Below are positions 41,859 through 45,614 of a DNA stretch of 45,614 nucleotides, piece by piece. The first letter of the stretch is position 1. The number at the start of each line of letters is the position of its first letter. The DNA comes from a bacterium (GTDB lineage Bacteria > UBA9089 > JAHJRX01), in contig JASEGW010000001.1 in NCBI GenBank assembly GCA_030017825.1, forward strand, positions 1 through 45,614, written 5' to 3'. Position numbers and translations under genes: made by a program. The notes under the pieces were generated by a model. It was given only the letters and a program-made list of their open reading frames with translations, did not search any database and had not been told where the DNA came from.

Positions 41859-43217
41859 ATGCCTGACAATGCTTTTTTAGGAATGCGTGGAACTGGTGAT
41901 TGGGCTACAGACCAGAGGCCAAAATCTTGGAGAGAATTAATTCTCTTCTTATATCCAAATGGTTCTGTGCCGTTGACAGCAATTATGTCAAAGATGAAGG
42001 AAGAGAAAGTGACTGATCCACAGTACTACTGGTGGACGAAGAAACTACCGGAACAGGCTGGGGCGGTTACAAACGTTTATACTAATAGTGGACTGAGTGC
42101 TCTTTATAGTGCTACATATCCAAATGGTGGAACTGGAGCGGCGGCTGGATTTACTGTCTATGTGAAGATGGCTGAGTTAGCTGCATCTGAATTTAGAGTG
42201 GGACATCAGGCTCTTATGAGATGTTTGACTGATTCTTATTTAGATGTGAACGGTAAAGTTACTGCTCGGACTTTGGCTGGTGCAAATTCTTACCTAACTG
42301 TTAAGTTACTGGAAGCTGACGATAACAGCTTTGGAAAGTTCGGAGCTCAGGGGCGCACCCTCGCAGCCTGTAACCGAATCATGGTTGTAGGTAATATCAA
42401 TGAGGAAGGTGCTGTAATGCCTGGCAGTCTTGGGTATAACCCTGTAAAGTATTTCAACTATACCCAGATTTTCAGAACGCCTCTAAGCATCACTCGTACA
42501 GCTCGGGAAACGAGACTTCGTACTGGCGATGCCTATAAAGAAATGAAGCGTGAAGCTCTGGAACTGCACGGTATTGAGATGGAGAAAGCACTCATCTTTG
42601 GAATTCCAACTGAAAATGCTGGGGGATCTTCGGATCAGAAACCTGAGAGAACAACTCAGGGAATTGCTAGTTTCATTAAAGCCTATGTTGCTGCTAATTT
42701 CGATGATTATCGGCTGAACTCTGGTTATGCGGGTAAAGCTTGGGATGCAGCTGATGGTGGAGAAGCCTGGCTTGATTATTTCCTGGAGCAGGTTTTCAGA
42801 TTTGGTAGTGCTGAGAAGTTGGCCCTTTGCGGTTCTGGTGCTCTTTTAGGCCTGAATCAGTTGGCGAGGAGTGGTGGACATATTAACCTGGAGCCACGAG
42901 CTGCTGCTTATGGTATCAAGGTTATTGAGTGGATCACACCTTTCGGTAGCATCTACTTAAAGACCCATCCCCTTATGAGCCAGGAAGTAACTACCCGCAA
43001 TGCCATGATTCTTCTTGAGCCTAAGAATTTAGTTTATCGGTTCATCACTGATACAATCTTCTTTGGTGAAGGTGAGGCAAAGCAGGCTGGGCCTGGAACT
43101 AACAGTGGCCGTAAAGATGCCACAAATGAGGAGTTCTTGACTGAGTGTGGTCTTGAGCTGTGGCATCCCGATACCTTCATGATGCTTGATGGAGTCGGTA
43201 AAAACAGTGCTGTTTAA
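41859..43217 (+). CDS. Major capsid protein
   Basis: The product is 452 aa. Its gene follows the scaffold and decoration genes and is followed by a terminator hairpin. The call rests on position and size. Confidence 0.7.
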   Translation: MPDNAFLGMRGTGDWATDQRPKSWRELILFLYPNGSVPLTAIMSKMKEEKVTDPQYYWWTKKLPEQAGAVTNVYTNSGLSALYSATYPNGGTGAAAGFTVYVKMAELAASEFRVGHQALMRCLTDSYLDVNGKVTARTLAGANSYLTVKLLEADDNSFGKFGAQGRTLAACNRIMVVGNINEEGAVMPGSLGYNPVKYFNYTQIFRTPLSITRTARETRLRTGDAYKEMKREALELHGIEMEKALIFGIPTENAGGSSDQKPERTTQGIASFIKAYVAANFDDYRLNSGYAGKAWDAADGGEAWLDYFLEQVFRFGSAEKLALCGSGALLGLNQLARSGGHINLEPRAAAYGIKVIEWITPFGSIYLKTHPLMSQEVTTRNAMILLEPKNLVYRFITDTIFFGEGEAKQAGPGTNSGRKDATNEEFLTECGLELWHPDTFMMLDGVGKNSAV

Positions 43218-43234
43218 CAATTAACCTATGCAAG

Positions 43235-43266
43235 GCTGGCAGCTGGAAGTGGCTGTCAGCTTTGTT
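43235..43266 (+). terminator. Terminator candidate after the capsid gene
   Basis: GCTGGCAGC tggaagtg GCTGTCAGC, followed by TTTGTTC. That T-rich run is the left arm of palindrome copy 12. Confidence 0.5.
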
Positions 43267-43283
43267 CAAAATTTTAAACAAAG
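43260..43283. repeat. Palindromic intergenic motif, copy 12
   Basis: CTTTGTTCAAAATTTTAAACAAAG. The core 43263-43280 ends 13 nt before ATG 43294. Confidence 0.9.
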
Positions 43284-43293
43284 GGGGAACAAA

Positions 43294-43458
43294 ATGAATA
43301 AAGTGGTAGAGACGTTGTGGGTGACTTTTGATTGGCCAATAGAACCAGCTGTTAGACACAAAATTGAGGATGTACTTAAGAAAAGTGGTTATAAAATTCA
43401 CGGAGGCGGAACTAACATTATAGAGAAAACAGCAGATATTTCTCTGCACAAAGAATAG
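43294..43458 (+). CDS. Small hypothetical protein (54 aa)
   Basis: ATG 43294 has SD AAGGGGGA. The track start is 43228. Confidence 0.5.
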   Translation: MNKVVETLWVTFDWPIEPAVRHKIEDVLKKSGYKIHGGGTNIIEKTADISLHKE

Positions 43459-43474
43459 TTAGACGGAGGGTAAA

Positions 43475-44221
43475 ATGTCTCAATTCTCACTTGTAAAAGC
43501 TAAATTTATTGAAATTACTGGACGTGCCGACTTAGCAGATCCTGCAGCTGCATTTGATGCTGGCTTTTTTATCAACGAAGGACAAAAATATCTGGATAGG
43601 CTGTTTAGTAGAGGTAAGGTAGAAGCGAGACATTTTACCAATCTAACTGCAGACCAAGTTATCGTATCATTACAGAATGTTCGATCTTTTAAGGAAGTAT
43701 GGCTGTATGATTCTGAAACAAGGTCTAAGTTGATAGTTACGGATGCTGCAACTCTTCGAGGGTATTATAGTAAGCCAACTGCCAGTTTAGACAAAGGGCC
43801 TCCTGAATATTATGCACCTATTGTCATTAGACCGTTTCCTAAGGATTTGTCAGCAAGTGGTTTAAATCAGGCGTGGGCTGTTGAAGATATGAAATTAACA
43901 ACTCACGAAACATATAACGCTATTTTGTTGAAGCCACCAGTTGATGTTTCTGGAAAGTACACTTTAGAAGTGCATGGAACTTTTTATACAGACGCTTTGT
44001 CTGGAAGTACAGATAAATCATACTGGACTGAAACTAACGAACTCCTTCTAATATTTGCAGCAGCATTTATGATGGAACTTTCATATCGAAACACAGAGGG
44101 CGCAAAGGATTGGAAGAATGCGGTTCTTGAAATAACTGAAGAGCTTGACAAAGATATTGTTGAAGAACAAATCACTGATATTAGTAGCATGGAGGTAAAA
44201 GTATGGGATACACCATCATAA
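43475..44221 (+). CDS. Virion structural protein (head-tail adaptor / tubular-A position)
   Basis: SD GGAGGG. The product is 248 aa. The call rests on synteny. Confidence 0.45.
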   Translation: MSQFSLVKAKFIEITGRADLADPAAAFDAGFFINEGQKYLDRLFSRGKVEARHFTNLTADQVIVSLQNVRSFKEVWLYDSETRSKLIVTDAATLRGYYSKPTASLDKGPPEYYAPIVIRPFPKDLSASGLNQAWAVEDMKLTTHETYNAILLKPPVDVSGKYTLEVHGTFYTDALSGSTDKSYWTETNELLLIFAAAFMMELSYRNTEGAKDWKNAVLEITEELDKDIVEEQITDISSMEVKVWDTPS

Positions 44222-44685
44222 AAGGAAACACAGTTGATGAGCAACTGGCAAGTGCTGATAAAGCACTTTCTCATCTGGAGCGTAGGATTAATGCGAGGAG
44301 TATTGTAGCACCACTAACTCCTATGATTATATCTGGGTTTTGTAAAGAAGATGAAGATGGAGTTATTCTAAAAGTACTTCTTCCTATTTCTGGCTACATT
44401 ACTAAACTCTCTTTTTTCATAGATGATATAGAAGATGTTGAGTTTCTAAAGAAAAACTTCTTAGTTATTTCTATTGAGGCACGTTTAGCAGATGGAACTT
44501 TGGTAATGAAGAAATTTCCAACTAAACAACTAGCTGCTGAAGTTTTTACTTCGTATAAAGTTGAGGCCAATAGTTGTATAACTGTGCTTGTAAATACAAA
44601 GGTTAGAGGAGTTTGGTATGGCTTTGTAGTAGAGCCAGAACTCTCAATCAAGAGAAAAGTGGATGTCTCTATTTTGGAGGAATAA
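44203..44685 (+). CDS. Virion structural protein (160 aa)
   Basis: SD GGAGG. It is translationally coupled to the next gene (TAATG). Confidence 0.45.
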   Translation: MGYTIIKGNTVDEQLASADKALSHLERRINARSIVAPLTPMIISGFCKEDEDGVILKVLLPISGYITKLSFFIDDIEDVEFLKKNFLVISIEARLADGTLVMKKFPTKQLAAEVFTSYKVEANSCITVLVNTKVRGVWYGFVVEPELSIKRKVDVSILEE

Positions 44686-45614
44686 TGAGAGAATTTGCCC
44701 ATACATTATCTGATTTCAAAAAGGGTCTTAGACCAGATAAAAATACACCTCGTAATTCTGAGTTTGCTACTGAATTATATAATATAAGATGTGGAGTGGC
44801 TGGTCTGGAGGTGCCGCCTCTTATAGTATACCCTATTAGCGGTACACCAGTAGTAAGCTGGCCACTCCCCCAACTTGTCAAAGTTGGCGCTTTGACATTA
44901 ACAGAAACAGGTTTGTTCTTCTCAAGATACAGCGCTGGCACACTTACGATTAGTAAGGTGAATTCAGATTATAGTTTGACATCTGTATTTACAAAGGCGG
45001 GAATAAACAAAAGGTTTACGGTGGCAGACTTTGGATATTTTCAACTGTGGGCAGCGACTGGTCTAATGATAAAAAGACAGCTGAACGCAGGTTTAACAGG
45101 TTATGAATGGACTGAAGTTACAGTTGGTGGGTCTCCTCCTCCAGCAACATGTGTCTGTAATTTTAGAGGGCAGCTGATTGCTGGAGTGATAACTGATGCA
45201 ATTCCTAGCTTAGGTATTTCTGCAGATAATATGGTTGCTTGGAGTGAAATAGGTTCTGTGAACCCAGATGTAATGTTTGATTACACTAAGTATAATATTG
45301 ATAGACAAAGGGCTATTGGATATAGTGGTGGTGGTACATTTACTTCATTAGTGAGTTCTGATGATGGATGGTGGGTGATTGGGGCATTTTTTGATAATAC
45401 TGGTGCTTCAACTAGGATAGGTAAAATGGGTGCGTATGGCTATTGTTCATTTCTTAGGTTTCCTAATGTCACCATTCCAGCTGGTGCAACAATAACGTCT
45501 GCTATTATTAGAGTTCAGTGTTATTGGCAAGATCCTGCAGTAGAAGGATGTCAGGCTAATATTTATTTTAATAACGTAGATGATGCAATAGCACCTACTT
45601 CAGCTGGAGGAGCA
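44685..45614 (+). CDS. Large tail structural protein (nozzle position), 5' part; continues at nt 17 of the window
   Basis: ATG 44685 overlaps the upstream TAA. The frame stays open to the window end (310 codons). The joined ORF would be about 865 aa. Confidence 0.6.
   Translation, partial: MREFAHTLSDFKKGLRPDKNTPRNSEFATELYNIRCGVAGLEVPPLIVYPISGTPVVSWPLPQLVKVGALTLTETGLFFSRYSAGTLTISKVNSDYSLTSVFTKAGINKRFTVADFGYFQLWAATGLMIKRQLNAGLTGYEWTEVTVGGSPPPATCVCNFRGQLIAGVITDAIPSLGISADNMVAWSEIGSVNPDVMFDYTKYNIDRQRAIGYSGGGTFTSLVSSDDGWWVIGAFFDNTGASTRIGKMGAYGYCSFLRFPNVTIPAGATITSAIIRVQCYWQDPAVEGCQANIYFNNVDDAIAPTSAGGA

Noticed and set aside
1-45614. Prophage or lysogeny module (integrase, CI-type repressor, att sites).
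   Set aside because: No ORF shows tyrosine or serine recombinase signatures. The sequence closes on itself with phage genes on both sides of the junction. This fits a virulent or at least non-integrating phage, although absence judged by eye is not proof.

Overview
The window looks like one complete, circularly permuted dsDNA phage genome of about 45.6 kb. Its first 16 nt equal its last 16 nt, and a large structural ORF reads in frame across that junction. Genes tile tightly, use the standard code and mostly have strong GGAGG-type Shine-Dalgarno sites. They form two divergent arms leaving a gene-poor control region at about 27.9-29.2 kb. The leftward (minus) arm, 28625 down to 10629, holds many small early ORFs followed by a replication and nucleic-acid-metabolism module. 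That module includes an SLT-domain transglycosylase, a metallophosphoesterase, a DUF4406-like protein, a DUF3310-like protein, a Cas4-like PD-(D/E)XK nuclease, an AAA_24/Sak4-like ATPase, a ParB-domain DNA methyltransferase fusion, a UDG-like family A DNA polymerase fusion, an HNH endonuclease, a P-loop helicase-like protein and a minimal RNA-ligase-like enzyme. The rightward (plus) arm runs from 29175 across the junction to 10642. It encodes an HNH endonuclease, an HTH protein (terminase small subunit candidate), a ClpP-like protease, a LAGLIDADG-like protein, an M15 peptidase, a holin, the terminase large subunit, a tail fibre with an S74 chaperone domain, portal, scaffold, a duplicated-domain decoration-like protein, the major capsid protein, adaptor and nozzle proteins, and three core-like proteins ending in a 2021-aa giant with an HExxH motif. 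The structural gene order is T7-like (podovirus type), but I recognise no RNA polymerase, sigma factor, integrase, tRNA, CRISPR array or reverse transcriptase. The most striking unexplained signal is an 18-28 bp perfect AT-rich palindrome (core TGTTTAAAATTTTAAACA). It occurs 12 times, only in intergenic DNA, at essentially every operon boundary on both strands. Two copies flank a consensus sigma70 promoter and one copy overlaps another promoter. Other notable features are five near-consensus early promoters that all have 17-nt spacers, a 212-bp inverted-repeat and homopolymer region that could be an origin, a G+C-richer island with one 124-aa gene and a long leader, and a G+C-rich structured leader. 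All functional calls come from reading motifs by eye; no database search was run.
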